Assembly (NCBI GenBank): GCA_051362555.1
Contig: CM120648.1
Coordinates: forward strand, 10,164,587 to 10,228,586
Direction: 5' to 3'
DNA from: Lingula anatina
Taxonomy: Eukaryota > Animalia > Brachiopoda
Length of the DNA stretch: 64,000 nt
Within the stretch, counting starts at the first letter, position 1. The number at the start of each line of letters is the position of its first letter. The translations under genes and the position numbers were made by a program. Shown here piece after piece: positions 24,733 to 39,874 of the stretch. The notes under the pieces were generated by a model. The model saw only the letters and a list, made by a program, of their open reading frames with translations, had not been told where the DNA came from and did no database searches.

Positions 24733-27219
24733 ATGGCGGACGGAGAGGGCGAGAGTGAGATGTTTTATTATTTCATTCGAAATGACAGTTTGTTTTCAGT
24801 ATTTAATGTGTTAGATGAAAACTGATAAATTCAGTTGCTGTTGTTATTCAAATTTTTTTATTAATTTTTTCTGGTGACGTAACTGATTCATTGTGATATT
24901 GTAACGCAAATGTATGAGGAAGACATTTTATTCACTATTTTTAGTCTTTGGACTACTTGTAGTGTACTTACAGTGACTTCAGCTGTTAATAATTAAATGT
25001 GAATGCACTAGAAGTGTCTCATAATACGCAGAAAAACCAATGTAATTGCCAAGCAATTTTATTTCAGTAGCAGAGACATTGATCAAATTCACAACATAAC
25101 TGAATCAAGGAAAACATTGAAATCAAAATTGTGTGTGTATGTGTGTGTGTGTTTTGGGGGATGCTGCTTCATCTGCATGAGTACCAATTTGGATTCGTTT
25201 TGTGTAAATAGAGTAATAACGATGCAAATTTCTCCTTGGTTTTCCAATCAGACCACATTGTCAGCATGTCCACAGATGAGGAAGAAGAAGACAGACAGCC
25301 TGAAGATGAAGAAGTCCAAGAAATGGTTCAGTTAGATCCCACAGCTGTAGATATAGACTTGAATCACAGCAGAATAGGAAGAATAGAGAACTTGGAAGTG
25401 CTTACTTGTGTAGAGGTGAGTTGGTCTTGTTGAATAAAGTGTTGGTTTTCACTAGGGTATTTTTGCTATCTACACCCATGACTGATGTCTATATTTCTTT
25501 CTTTGATGCACAAGTGACTATCTCTCATGAACTAAATTATTTAAGAAATTGTTTAAAACATTGAAACCACGTGCAGAGATTGGTCCTGCAATGGTTTATA
25601 AATGTGGGATAATGATTTTTTTGTGTGGAGAAAAATTCAGTCTGGTGGGAAAATTCCACATATGATACTGTTTCAGATTTTAATAATAACTAAATATGTA
25701 TGTTCATAGGAAATGTTCTGTTGTATGGAGAGAAGATAAATAAATTTGGTAATTAAATAACCCCCTTTTTTACATATTTCAGAGCATATGTTTCAGAAAT
25801 AATTTAATCAAAGCCATTGAGAATGTGGCCTGCGTGGCACAAACGCTCAGAGAGCTGGACCTCTACGACAACCAGATTACTAGAATTGAAAACTTAGATG
25901 CTTTGGTGAACTTAGAGTGAGTAGCCAGTGTGTACATTTTTATGCTTAAGTGGGAGAAACTGGGCCAGGCATATTCTTTTCAAACAAATGTTATTTTAAA
26001 TCTGTAATAGATTCACAAAGAATATAATGAATTTTTTTGTCTCACTCACTCTTTCTGTGTCTCTATTACTCTCTCTCTCTCTCTCTTGCCTATTTAAAAA
26101 ATAGATTAACTAATTAATTAATTATGTGTTCTTCTTGTATTAGATTTATTTTTTATTTAAATTGGCATTGTGGATGGATTGGCTAAACTGACTATCAAAC
26201 AGATTGTCTAGGTTTTACTCATGGTCTAAAAACGACAGCATAGAAAAGAAAGAGATTAAAATTTCAAGCAAAGCACATGTCAATTTGAATGAGCTAATGT
26301 TGCTTTTATGTTATTAAAAAAAGTTTTATCTGTTATTTCCAGAGTCCTTGACCTGTCCTTCAACAGAATACGGAAAATAGAAAACTTAGACAACCTTACA
26401 AAACTTAAGAAACTCTTCCTTGTACAGAACAAGATAGGAAAAATTGAAAACATATCTCAGCTAACAAGCCTTGAAATGTTAGAACTTGGGGCAAATAAGA
26501 TTAGGGTATGCTGTTTTACAATTCATTTGGACATTTTAGAATTACAGATATGTTTTTGAAAAAAATGACAATTTGCATACTATTATTTTTTTAATTAATT
26601 TTTGTGACAATTTATGCATTCCTGTATATCATTCACAATCTCAAGTCAGTAGAAAACATTATGAACTGGACTAGCCTGATTATAATAACTTGAAGCAATA
26701 TCAAATGTATTGCCTTGTTTTGTAATGAAAAACTTTTCCTTTAGCTTACAGTATGTGAAAAAAACTTCTTAGCTTTCTGAAATATGACAGTCCGTGAAAT
26801 TATGATATCACTGTTGACAACAAAGTACATGATTATTTATATCTTTTTTTAATCTCCGCAGGTCATAGAAAACCTAGGGTCCTTGGTGAAATTAGACAGT
26901 TTGTATATTGGCAAGAATAAAGTGACCAGAATCTCTGGACTGGACACTTTAGAGAACCTTACAGTCCTTAGTATGCAGGTAGGTGAAATGTTCTCCAAAG
27001 ATGATTTTTTTCCACATAAGTAACTTTGAGTGTGAGAACTCTTAGCAGTCTGTGCTAAAAAAAAAAAAAAATTAAACCTTATGGCCATTCAAGATAACAG
27101 GGTCTAAGAATCAGACCCAAAGCTAAAACATTTGTCCTCTGTCTGAATAAATGCACAAATTTTCACTGGCCAGGTTTCTGATTTACTGGCATTTGACATA
27201 GGGATAGTATTAATGTTGT

Positions 27220-27281
<62 letters not shown>

Positions 27282-28699
27282 GAGAGTGTCATGGTTGATG
27301 GAAGACTTGTGAAATGATGACAGTACTTCTGATGGAAATTAATTCAGAAAACAAGAAGTATTAGGTACTTTATTTGAATAAAGAATATTTGATTTCAGGA
27401 CCATTATAATGATAATAATAATGATTTGTTATTATATTTTTTTCAGAGCAATAGGGTAGTAAAAATGGAAGGAATGGAGAAACTTGTAAATCTAGATCAG
27501 CTTTACCTCAGCCACAATGGGATAGAAGATATAGAAGGTTTAGACAAAAATGTAAGTACTCATATTCTTTCAATGTTTCTTACAAAGTTTGGTATTTGTA
27601 ATATCAGTACTTGAGATTCTGTAATGTCCACCATTTCCCCTCTGTTCCGTCAAGCATAGATGTCTATAAAATCAATGTACTTGAATATCGTTATCTACAA
27701 TTATAGGACTACTGCCATATCTTTGCTTGACTGGGATAGCTACAACACTTGCCAATTTAGCCAAATGCTAAAACTGACTTAAATTGGCTAAATAAAATGG
27801 GCTTGATTTGACTGGTTTTAGTATAATTTAATCCATTTGGATAACAAATTGACAAAACAGTGATGATTTGGCTAAGCGAAAAAAAAAATTGCTAGCATTT
27901 CCCCAGCTTGAGATTTTATAATGTCCACATTTCATTCCAGACCAAACTGACCACGCTGGATCTGGCTGGGAACAGGATTAAGAGGCTACAGAACATCAGT
28001 CATCTTGTAAAACTTGAGGAGTTTTGGGTATATTATTGATTGTTTTTTATTTATATTTTAAGAGATGGTGTTATTATTGTGTAAATTGTATTTTGTATTA
28101 TTATGATCTTATAATACACAATTCTTTTTATATTATATGAAACTTGATTTTGTTTAAAGGATGCTTTTAGGACTAGTCTAGACTAGACCAATGCAACAAT
28201 TTAAATTTATGTAAATACGGACTGCTTTATCGCTCAGCCTCCTCTGGTTATATAAGCATTATATTCTTGCAGGCCCTGTACCACAGTCATGTTGTAATCC
28301 ACATATGCATAGGATTTTTGTAAATTTAACTTGTAAATTAACTCATTTTGTATATTGAGTATTGTTACAGTAGTGTTACTGTAGAAAGCCTTCAAATGTG
28401 AAAACCTATCATTTTGCCATTAATAAATTTTCATTTCGTTTATTTCATTTATTTTTAATAAATTTACTTATTTTAATTAATTTACTTATTTATCATTCCA
28501 GTTCAATGACAACCACCTGGAATCCTGGGAAGACTTGAACCAGCTGACCCCTCTGAAGAACCTGCAGACGGTTTATCTGGAAAGGAACCCCCTGTGGCGG
28601 AGTGCTGAGGACCCCAGATCACCTGATCCTAACTACCGCAGGAAGGTCATGCTCACGTTGCCATGGTTACAACAGATAGATGCGACCTTTGTGAGATAA
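24733..28699 (+). CDS. PPP1R7: Protein phosphatase 1 regulatory subunit 7 (Sds22), 329 aa, 8 exons
   Basis: Exons 24733-24754, 25252-25415, 25783-25916, 26343-26505, 26862-26978, 27447-27551, 27941-28027, 28502-28699. Acidic N-terminus, SDS22-type LRRs (LDLSFNRIRKIENL, LELGANKIR) and LRR cap YLERNPL...YRRKVMLTLPWLQQIDATFVR. Confidence 0.95.
27731..27906. mobile_element. Short degenerate MITE with 5-bp TSD CTTGA
   Basis: CTTGA|CTGGGATAGCTACAA...TTAGCCAAA ... TTTGGCTAA...TTGCTAGCATTTCCCCAG|CTTGA. Confidence 0.6.
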
Positions 28700-29315
28700 A
28701 ATTACTCTGGGTTACATGTTAATTTTGATAAACCATGCACAAATTTGCCAAAAAATGATTTGCTTCATGTGTAGGTATGATTTGGCTTGCCACAGGTGTG
28801 AAACTTTGAGAACTGTGACTGGCAATTATTCATCTTTTTCAAACCAAACTGATATTTCCTGTATTGAAAGCCGTGTTTGTTTGAGATTTCTAAAAGTTAT
28901 TATTTGTAAGTTCTAAAAGCTAAGGTGGGTTCGTTTTGAGTTACAACGAAATTGTCAATCTTGAAAGTATATTAGCAAAATTATTGAAGATGTCGCTGTG
29001 ATTTTAAAATTATTTTTTAACTTTTTAAATTACTACAAACTGGCCCTCCATGAATACTTCCCTCAGCATATGGAAAAATATCATAAGTACTAAGTAGTTT
29101 GAAATCCATGAATTATTTCCATACTACAGAAGCCCTTTGGAGTATGACTTTCTCAATATTAGTGAAATTGTTCAAGGAAAGTTAATATACCATTTTTTGA
29201 GTTGTTGGGAGATGATCACCTTCCCTGGCATCAACCAGAATAGTTAGCACATTGCATGGTGCAGCAGATTAGTGTTGTGAACATTATGTGCTTAATTATT
29301 TATTTATTTATTTAT

Positions 29316-29560
29316 TCTTATCTCTGCCAACAAAGGAAGTTATGTTTTGACGAAGTTGGTTTGTCTGTTTGTTAGTGGTGAGAAATTGCAAAAAAAAAAG
29401 ATTTCCAAGTTTTGATGAAATTTTTACAATTGACAGTAATTTAAGATGAAAAAGAAGTGGACAATTTCAACTTAATTTGGGTCTGCTGATTTTTTTTAAA
29501 TGGTCTTAAATGCCTTTTTCCATGTCCTTGGTAGATTTCTGTGCTTGTATAAATTGGTTT
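29316..29560 (+). mobile_element. Degenerate Helentron-type non-autonomous element in the PPP1R7 3' UTR
   Basis: ttatctctgccaacaaaggaagttatgtttt...gtttgtctgtttgtt...tttgatgaaattt resembles the better-preserved copy at 61681. Confidence 0.6.
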
Positions 29561-32191
29561 AGTAGCTCTGCACTTGTGTTTAGATATTTTTAATGCTATT
29601 TTCCACAGTACAGCAGTACTAGGTGTTAAAGTAAAAGCTTATTTGATTACATATTTATCTGACAAAGTTGTTATATGTATATATTTGTACATGTTATATC
29701 CTGCTAGGCAATTAAATTGCACCACTTGGTATTTTTAAGTGGAGATGACTGTAATAAAAGGGTACCTATTTTAGTCCTATGGTTTTGCTCCTTTTCAGAA
29801 ACCTTACAGATTTTCTTTTACCATTCATGAAACCATTCTTAAACAAACCAACAGGTATCTTCTGTCAATAATTATGATTTTATTCATTGTGTTGTTTGTT
29901 AGGTAGGGATTAGGTTTAAAGCTTATCTGAACCTTGGCCTTCTGTGAAGGTCATCTCAAAGGTCACCTCTTGATTCTTATTGTGTGCCATAGCATTAAGT
30001 GCATATGCTGAGTGTTATATTTTCAAGTAGGAGACGTGTAATTTTGTATCAGAACAAACTGAATGATAAATGTCTTAATGTTATTGTTATTTATCAGATT
30101 CTCTTGAACATTTGTTGTTGGTTTGGTAAATTTATTGGCCTTTGTGTAGTATTGGCCGTTTACCAATGTGTAAAGAAAATGTGGGATATGAGGTTGAAAA
30201 AGTTTTGGAACCTTTTGGGAGGAGGATGGGTGATAAAAAGTTTACATCTGAGGCACATCTTGTAATTCTTGCGACTAATCTTTACTCGATTTTGATCCTG
30301 TAGCCAAATCCTATATTGAAATGTTACGGTACCGTATCATTTATTTAAAATTTTTGGTTAAAGGAAAATGAAACATATTCCTTAAAATCATTTATTAACC
30401 TCAGGGCTGCATAACATAAATTCAAACGTGTACAATGTTGAAAATATACATAAACATATGTAAAAAAATGCCCATTAGCAAACAAGTAAACCTTGCCAGG
30501 GAATTTCTGAGTCAAAGGTAAAAACAATTTGTGAAAGACCAAGAAACTATCAATCCTAATCCATGCTACTTAGAAGATAATTTAATCTGAAAATATTCCA
30601 AGTGCTTTGCAATTTCAAATGCGAAAAAAACTACAAAATGGAAGCATATTTGTAAGTAAAAACAATCCAAGTGGGTAGTAATAAATACTAGATCTTCTAT
30701 AAATATTAAAGAGTTCATAATAAAAAGGCTGGTTTTGCCTACCCATTTTCTGTTTGTGTCCAATAGTACACAAAGTCCAGGAATTCTCAATTTAGGAAAC
30801 TGAATGTCAAGCACAAGTTTTTAAAACTAGTCTTGCAAAGAGCATAAAGTTCCAGTGAGGAGACTTGTCATTTCCCCCAGGTCTAGCAAAGAAAATGTTT
30901 CCAGCATTTAAAATGATGGCAATTTGTTTATTGAAACTTATATGGCTGGGCAGTACTACATTTTTTTTATCACAGGAAATGTCCCTTTTTCCCTTCCTTT
31001 TCTTCTGTATAAAAAATCCCACTGTGTCATTTCTTCTAACATTTCACAATAACTTAGTTTACCCAACTGAATACTCTTTGAGGACAGGTTGGAAACTGAT
31101 GGCAACTACAGTAACAGCAACAATACAGTGCCACAAAAGAAGCAAAACTGCCATAAGCATTTGAATACTACCTTCTTGGACCCATTCAATATTGTGGTGA
31201 CGCAGTGAAATAACAACAACAATCCTGATTTTACACACAACCATGTGACCATGGAACCCGACATATTTAGGTAAAAAACTTTTTTTTTTTAGTGTACAAA
31301 AACTGTGTATGATGATTTTAAACAATAACCCATTTGGTTTGAATAAAATGACCTATAAATATGACCCAACAGCATCAAGTTGACAATTACACTTTTCCAA
31401 CAAAATTTGCTGCACTTAGAAAGAAAAAAATACTGACCTAGAAATATTTCATGATGTCACTGTTCACAAATGCTTTAAAATCCACTTCATAATCCACAAT
31501 ATGTTGCCAATCTGTTAAACACAGGCATTCATGACCTAAATATTTCCATTTTTAGTTTTACCTTAAAAAAGTGTGCATTTTTAAACAAAAATATTTAAAA
31601 CTGCTCAATATACAGTTCATCACAAAATGCTCATAACTTTCTATCCAATTTGTTTACAACTATAACCCAAATATCTCAGTTTATAGCACAATACAACTCA
31701 GATGAAATATTTAGTTGTTCTTATAATAACTTAAACCAAGAGTTTTACTCTTTCAAATGTCTCATTTATACTGTCTAGTATTTTACATTAAAATTTCAAG
31801 ATTTATCATTTTTTACACACAAATACATAGTCTTACACAAAGCTCATTAACATTTAAAAACTTTTGAATCAGCATTTTTTTAAGTATTACTAAACAATTT
31901 TTCTTTAGGAAAAATCAATGAAACAGACTGTTCAAATATACTGTCAATGAGTAATTGCTTGTTTTGAACCTGGAAGTTTTGACACAAGATGACGCAATAG
32001 TTACCCCCCCCCCCCCCCTCCTCTATTCCCACTGATTACTCCAGGAGGTTTTGACAAAAGATGATGCACCACTTCCTCTGTTGAGATCACTTCAACCCTC
32101 TTTTCCCTCTGCGCCCCCCCCCCCCCCCCCATCCTTAATCCTCTATCCCTTCCCACCCCCACCCTCTACCGATTTCAGTCTTCATCTGATC

Positions 32192-35100
32192 TTATTCCCA
32201 TTCCGTTGTCCCCGAAGGTTTGGATGTGAGATCATACATGACCCTGGATATCCCGGGGACTGTGAGAATCTGTTCCACCATTTGATTCACCATCTGCAAC
32301 AGATAACATACAAAACATCTCAATATTGCTGGGTTGACCTTTTTGGTAAACAAAAAATATGCATTACCCCTCTCTTTCTCTGTTACTCTGTTTTCACTGT
32401 TACAACTTACAACTTATGACAAACATTAAAACAGTCAAAGAGCAGGAAATAGCTGAATACAAATTTGTCCGAAATGAACATTATACGATGAGTTGGATAA
32501 AAAATTCAACCTCTTTAGACAAATCTTGCCCTGGCACAGCCGCCACGCCAGTCATGAAGTCATTGGTGATGAACGTCCTTATGGCCACGGATCTTTGGCA
32601 AGATGGCACGGTCCCCATGGGGTCGCGGTCGAAGTGAAGCGGGACCAGAACCACGGGCATTTGACTGAGTTTGGGAGTGTAACCAGATTCATGAAGTACC
32701 TGATTTGTGGTGAAATGGATATTAATAGTTATAATCAATTTAAAAATGATAATTTGTTCATTTCAAAATTTCAAGCAAGATGTAAGGTTCATTCTGCATA
32801 TATACAAAAGAATATTCCGAAGACATATCAGAATTGACTAAATTTATTATGATTAAAAATTGTTAAGTATACTTAAAAGTATAAATTTCACCAATATTTT
32901 TTAAAGGCAAAAGGAGCATATAGTAAACATTCCATAAATTCTAGCAAATTACATTTTATTAAAAAATACTGAAGAGCAAGACAATTGGTTCTTATCAGAA
33001 AGTTAGATCTTTTGTTTATTACACTAAAAAGTATGACTTTTGTTTTTTCTTTCAATGATCCTTAAGCAATTATCATAACATAAATAGAATCTACTCCTGC
33101 ATCAGAAGTCAAGACAGTGAGAAGATTTTCACCTAAAAACAGTAATTCATTGATTGAGACAGCAAAAAGGAAGCAAAAGCTCTTTGGACAACTGAAATCA
33201 ATGAATAAGTTTTCAAATTATTAAATTAAATATGACCAGAACTCATAGGGACAAACCTTATGTGCTAGATAATCTGCCTGTCTTAGTGTCGCTAATACTC
33301 CTTCTGTCAGGAAAGTGGGCGTGACATCTTGTATCGGATAATGTAGGAGTCCTCCAAACACGTACACAACCCTGAAAGGAAGTGCAAGTTAGTTAAAATA
33401 ACAGTGACAATGTAAGTCTTGTCTAAAGGAATTAATTATTTTTTTTAATCAAAGAGGCCTAATGTCTGGACCCTTCATTTTGATCACTCTACTGACTTAT
33501 CGATGTGAGCCCTAAAAGTCATGACATACTTATTTTTCTGCGATTATTATGCAAGAAACATTAGAATACCTATTACATCACTGCCGTTTGTTTAATTACT
33601 TTGGGACCTTGTTCATAAAAGGCCCCATCTTAATACATCTTAAAAATTTACAAAGTAAGGGTACTACTTTAAATGTAATTGAAATGAAATGAAAACTGGA
33701 GATAGTAAACAAATATACTTCTTTCAGAATTCCTTGATACAAATAAGTTGCGACAGAATTACCAAATTAAAGTTTTACAAGGAGGAAAATATATTGCACA
33801 AAGTCCCATGAATTAAATGACACTAATGTCATATCTAAATATATGTCATCTCTTTTACCTATTTATATTATGGCATATTCTAGGTATAAGTTTGGCTAAG
33901 GTAAAGAGATTCTCCCAATTTGGCTCTGTATCACTAAAGAGGGCAGCAGGGTAGCTATACGTCCGGCAGTCCCCCTGCAAAATGCAAAGAGAAATAATTT
34001 AAAGCGCTTTCTTGAAAACAAAATACTGGACAAATTACTGACTCAGATGTAAATATTCAATGAAAAGACCTGTCATATAAAGCAAATTTGAAAGAATTTC
34101 AAACACTGAATATAAATCATAATTTTACTCAAACTCATATTACTCTCAAACTGCTGTACAAATTCCCCGATGGCATGATGGACAACTACCTGTACGCCCA
34201 CTGTCTGTATGGGTAATAGCGCCACTCCTAGTTTGTCCGTGGAACTGATCCGCGTTAATGCTTCCTGCTCCTGCTCTGATGTGGCACGTTTGATACGGTC
34301 TAAAAGTGCATGTGGCTGTGGAAAGTAATTCAAAAGCAAAATAGTGCCCATAATCATATTAAACATAGGCTAAAAAAATTTTACATTTGACTACATTTTA
34401 TTGTTCAAATAATTCAAATTAATATAATTATAATACGAGCGAAAAAATAAAATTCAAATTAAAGTAAGTTAGATCAAAATTTTTGGAACGAATCAATTTT
34501 GTGCAGACTGTATAATTTTTTCCTGATTACCTTTTTAATGGCAGTGCTGTATTCAATAATCAGTTTCAATATGATACTTGTCTCTCCAAAAGACTTATCT
34601 ATATACGGTTCTTCTGTACAAAGTACCCGTATTGCTAGACCAGGACCTAAATAAATAAATAAATAAATAAAAGTGAACTAATCAAATACACACAGATCTT
34701 CAGGAAGATCTTTCCAATGTTTTTAATGAATACATTTATGAAATGTTTTTGTAAGTTCTTTTACAACCCAAAAAGTAGCCTGGGAAAGGGTATCTCTGAT
34801 AATTCACAAAGAAAGAAAGACAGGCACATTTAATAAATTAAATTTTAATTTACTGTATGTACATTTGGTTCATATTACCTGGAAAAGGGTGTCTCTGTAC
34901 TATTTCAGCTGGTAGACCCAAGTCTTTGCCTATTATTCTTACTTCATCTTTGTGAAAGTCCACAAGGGGTTCTACAACTCTGCCCTGAAAGAAACAGAGG
35001 TATAATTGTAAAGAAAAAAACAGGATCGTAAAAAGACACATTCAACTTGATAAATGCATTGATCTTTTACATTTATTTCAGCTGAAACATTCTCATCACA

Positions 35101-38100
35101 TCCATGACACCTCCACTTATCATTGCAAGTGAACAGTTTGAAAATATTTCTAAAAATGTGGCCACTGTATCAGTGTTTTGACTCAAAAATCAAAACAGGA
35201 AAAATATGGCCATATTTATTTTCCTTTTTTATACGATTTGTCCTTTAAGACAAATCTTTCCCTGAAGGCGCCAATCCAATATTAGCCCACTGTAGAATTT
35301 GTCGAATGGTCTTCTCTGCTTCCTATCCTTGTCAAAGCAGTCTCCTAGCAAATAGCTGTATGTTGAAAAATTTTCATTGCCCATTTATAAAATAATGTCC
35401 CCATTTCAAACTTATTTCCAAAAAGGTAACCAATTTGTCGGTCAGTGATGAGACTGCCATCTAGTGAAAAAGTAAGAAAATATGATATGGGGTCCAGAAG
35501 GCTGCACAGGCCAATGATATTTCTGGCTCCCAAAAAAGTCAGAAGTCTGCCAATAGTTGGAAAAATCTCATCCATGATCAGTGTTCGGACACAAGATATA
35601 TTATTACTTTATTAGCTATTAATATAAAGCAAACTTCATCCATTACAGACTTAAGTAGTGGTCTCACCTGTTTCCTGAGCTCTCTGACCAGGTCTGTGTC
35701 ATTGTGGTGCGTCTTAATGGCGTCTGCTTTAGAACTTGCCAGCTCAGAGGCACTTTCTATCAGATCAGGACGGAGGGTGCCTGAAAGAATTTAATAGACG
35801 AGTGTTATTATTTTTCGATATAATGCATTAACAGTTATATATCTATATTTGCATTCACTGTGATTCCATTATGGACCTTGTTCTAAAAGATTAAAGACAA
35901 AGAATCAAACTTATTTTGCTAGATTTGAAAGCATGGAAGAAAAATGTGGTAAAGAAGACAATACTAATGTTCAAAAGGTCCAAAAATGAATAATAAATAC
36001 TAGAAATATCAAACACAATATAACCACAGTGTCATACCCCGAGATTCAGAGGTCACTAGAAACTGATGCCTCTGTCTTTGCTGATAGTAGAGAGAGGCCA
36101 GATCCCAGTGACCTCAGTAAACTCAGGGTGCATTGCCCTCACCTTGACCTAAATATACGTCTTCTGGTTTTAGGTCTAATTCATCAATAACTTCGTTGGC
36201 TACCTAGGAGAAAAATATTTCACAAATTACAGGGTGATATTAACCAGTGGTGGACAGGGGAAAAAATCCAGGCCAAATTGACACAAAAATTTACATTGTG
36301 TAATGACTAAAATATCCATTCAGTACACACCTCAGAGTATTTTGTCTTATTTATTTCTAACTCCAGAAAGAAAATTATATTGCTCCTTTTTAAACACTGA
36401 GCTCAAAAATTGGCAATTTTCAGGTAAAAGACCAAGCAAAATTGTACTGGTGTAAAAACACCTATTTTAGATACAAGTTCTATATCAGTAGATCTCATTT
36501 TCAAAGAAGTAAATTTGAATAAGGACCATTATTATTTCTATTTGTTGAAGTGACAGAGGCAAACTGTCCTACCCTCATAAACGTGTCGCCTATAATTTTC
36601 CTCTTCTCCTCTGGGTTGGTGGTTGTATTTAAGGTTTTTGTTTTACGTTTCCGTGAGTTGGGATCAGAGCTGTCAACTGGCAGTGACGTGTAGCCGCTGT
36701 AGAAAGTGTGACTGGCATTGACAACTAAAGAACAACGGTACCATTTTTTTTCAAATAAATAAAATGTACAATGGCAATCATGAGGGCTTTTTGTTACTTT
36801 ACTGAATACTAAATATACAATGTCTTATGAGTATAGATAGATAGTCAGGTAGGTAGGTAGGTAGGTAGGTAGGTAAATTATTTATTCTGAATTGTGCACT
36901 AGACTGCTTTGTGCTGCATTCTTGACAAAATGAATGTGTCTTTTGTTCTTCCTGGATGTTGAATTATGCAGTGGGGATTGCAAAGATAGAAATGATGAAA
37001 AGGGCAGAAAATATTCAATGTTGTAAAATATCACCATAATGTCAGTATTCCAAGAAACCTACATCAAGCTCATGGGAATTTCACCACTTTTATGGTCATA
37101 ATTTATTAAGTAACCGGGCACCTTACCTTTTAACTTGAGTCCTAGTCCTCTTAGAGATTCTTCAACTTTTTTGCTCTCGTTCTTTCTCATGAAACCATTG
37201 TCTATATGTACAGCTATCACCTGGTCTTCCTTCAGTGCTTTGTGAAGTAAAGCAGCACACACTGTGGAGTCCACACCTCCACTTACCAACATCTAAAAAT
37301 ACAATAAATTACAATTTCAGCAACAGTACAACAAGGGCTTTGTAGCAAGGCAACACTCAACATACCTACAGTAACCAACATCTGAAGAAAACATTTTTAA
37401 CAACGGTAACAATACAACAAACATCCAAAGTACAACAGAGTTACTGTTTATCCTTGTAAGTTTTCATCGAAAATTTTGAATATTACACTTTCAATACGAT
37501 GACATTTAATTTGATATTACAATTTATGACATAAAGCTCTGAAAACTCAATTTGGCACTCGTCAAAATTTCAGGGTACTGTAACAAAAAATAATGCATAA
37601 AAAACTAAATAAATATAAAAAAACATTCAAAATAAAAATACTGATAAAGTTTAGGCATTCAAAAGTCTACATAAACATTTCCAATTACTTACAAGTACTT
37701 TGTGATCACCCACAGTTTTTCTTATATATTCTATGCAAGCCGCCTCTCTCCCCTTCATGTTGTAAGTGCCCTTACACTCTGCTATGCCGTACAGGAAGTT
37801 CTTCAGCATAGTCTTCCCATGGGTTGTCAGGTCCACCTCGGGGTGAAACTGGACTGCGAACATCTTCAGTTTTTCATTGGCTATAGCTGAGGAGATAAAT
37901 GGGAATTATTGGTTATTAAGTATTTATAGCACCAATGTTAGCAAGGCAAGCGTAGGATGGGGTATGTGAATGTTCATTTGTAAGTATGTACGTGTGTAAG
38001 TGTGTGCACGTGTGTGGCATATTACATATATTCCACAAGTTTTAAACATACATGTTTACACACGCAAGCAAATTGCATTTGCTTGCATGTGCATGATAGC

Positions 38101-38656
38101 GAACTTTTTCTATAACTCAGTGATATCAACCAATGACATGAAACATGTGCGTGTGAGCATGTGGGTATGCATGCCTGTAACAAGCACGAGTTCTGACCTG
38201 CCACAATATTTCCAGAAAAGGCCACCTCTTTGAATCCATCTGCACAACTACCCACACTGTCTCCATGTGTGAGTAGCACTGGCTCCTCTGGGTCACAACC
38301 TCTGGAATTATAGATTTATAAGTATATTTTACACATACATTTCCCACATTCACTATCTGGAAACTTTGGATCCTGAAAATGTGTTTGTTTTGTATAAAGA
38401 TTTGAGTTAGGGTACTTACAGAAGTCTGACAGGTACTGCAAAAAAAATAACGTTCTCCAAGACATGTTGCAGATAAACAACAATTTGACAATTATTAACA
38501 GCTGAGTATGTAGAGTCTACTTTTAAATGTATTCATAAACTGTATATGAAGATTTGACTTAACATATACTACTTCACTCACCTTTTCACACCATTCCATG
38601 GTGTGCGTTAGGAGACCCAGTGGTATCTTAATGTGTATCTGTGTACAACCTTTGTG

Positions 38657-38720
<64 letters not shown>

Positions 38721-39633
38721 TCTCACTTGAAAAGAGAACATTCCAGATCCACTTTCACATTGAACTGTCCATCTTCTCTGGTTTCTTTCTTCTCCACTAC
38801 ACCCCCAAACTCCTTGTTCATCATCTGGAATATAGATATTACAGTCACTGTTAAAACTCACTGAATTCAAATAAATTTTTATTTTTTTGGCCAAAAAAGT
38901 CATTTTATACAAAATATCAAGAGAAAATGACGGGAAAACTTTGTAAATCGGGTGAAACAAAGGTATTGGGTAAAAAATCAATGAAGTTTTCACACCTCAT
39001 CAAAAATAAAATCATTGATAATCTGGACTATAAACAGATTTAACTGTAAATAAATGGAACATACATGCAAACCATAGCAAATTCCTAGGACTGGTAGTCC
39101 ACAGTGAAATATTTCTGGGTCATATTTAGGAGCATCTTCATCGTTGACAGAACTAGGGCCTCCAGATATGATGATGGCTCTGAAAAATAAAAATCCGATA
39201 TTTTAATTATTACTCCACAGTACAAGTAATTATTTTTGGATCACTGCAAGCCTTTTATCTGTCATTTTAACTTCTAATAATAATATAATATCATTATCAT
39301 ACATTATTAGATTTATCCAATACACCATTCTCATTATTCGTCAATAATTACTTTTGGATACTAGTAAATATTAGTCTGTTATTCTCACTTAATATAATAT
39401 TATGTTCATAACACATTCCTATTTTTAATTACCAGAAACATTTGATAGATGATAAAGAGAGAAAAACCTCACACAAAAGGTAAAAAGCTAACACACAAAC
39501 AAGTCAACAGGTAAAAATCCTTACTTGTATCCAGTCTCCTTCAGTGCAAAAGCTGGGGTATCCAGGGGTAGGATGACAGACTCCACACACAGTTCTCTCA
39601 CTTTACGGTCTATTACCTGGAAAGTGATTAACT

Positions 39634-39693
<60 letters not shown>

Positions 39694-39828
39694 GTGTCAT
39701 TACAATTTTACAATAATTATCATTAAGCATTACAGAAGTGAAACAGTTTATTCCTTGGAAATGAGTAATAAAATAAGTTATCATAATACTAACGGTTATC
39801 ACCGTCATTACATTGTTATATTTTTCAC

Positions 39829-39874
<46 letters not shown>

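Noticed and set aside
29700-30400. Overlap of PPP1R7 and GMPS 3' UTRs
   Set aside because: Separate poly(A) signals (+ strand ~29753; - strand ~30341 and ~30391) allow both to end without overlap. Needs transcript data.
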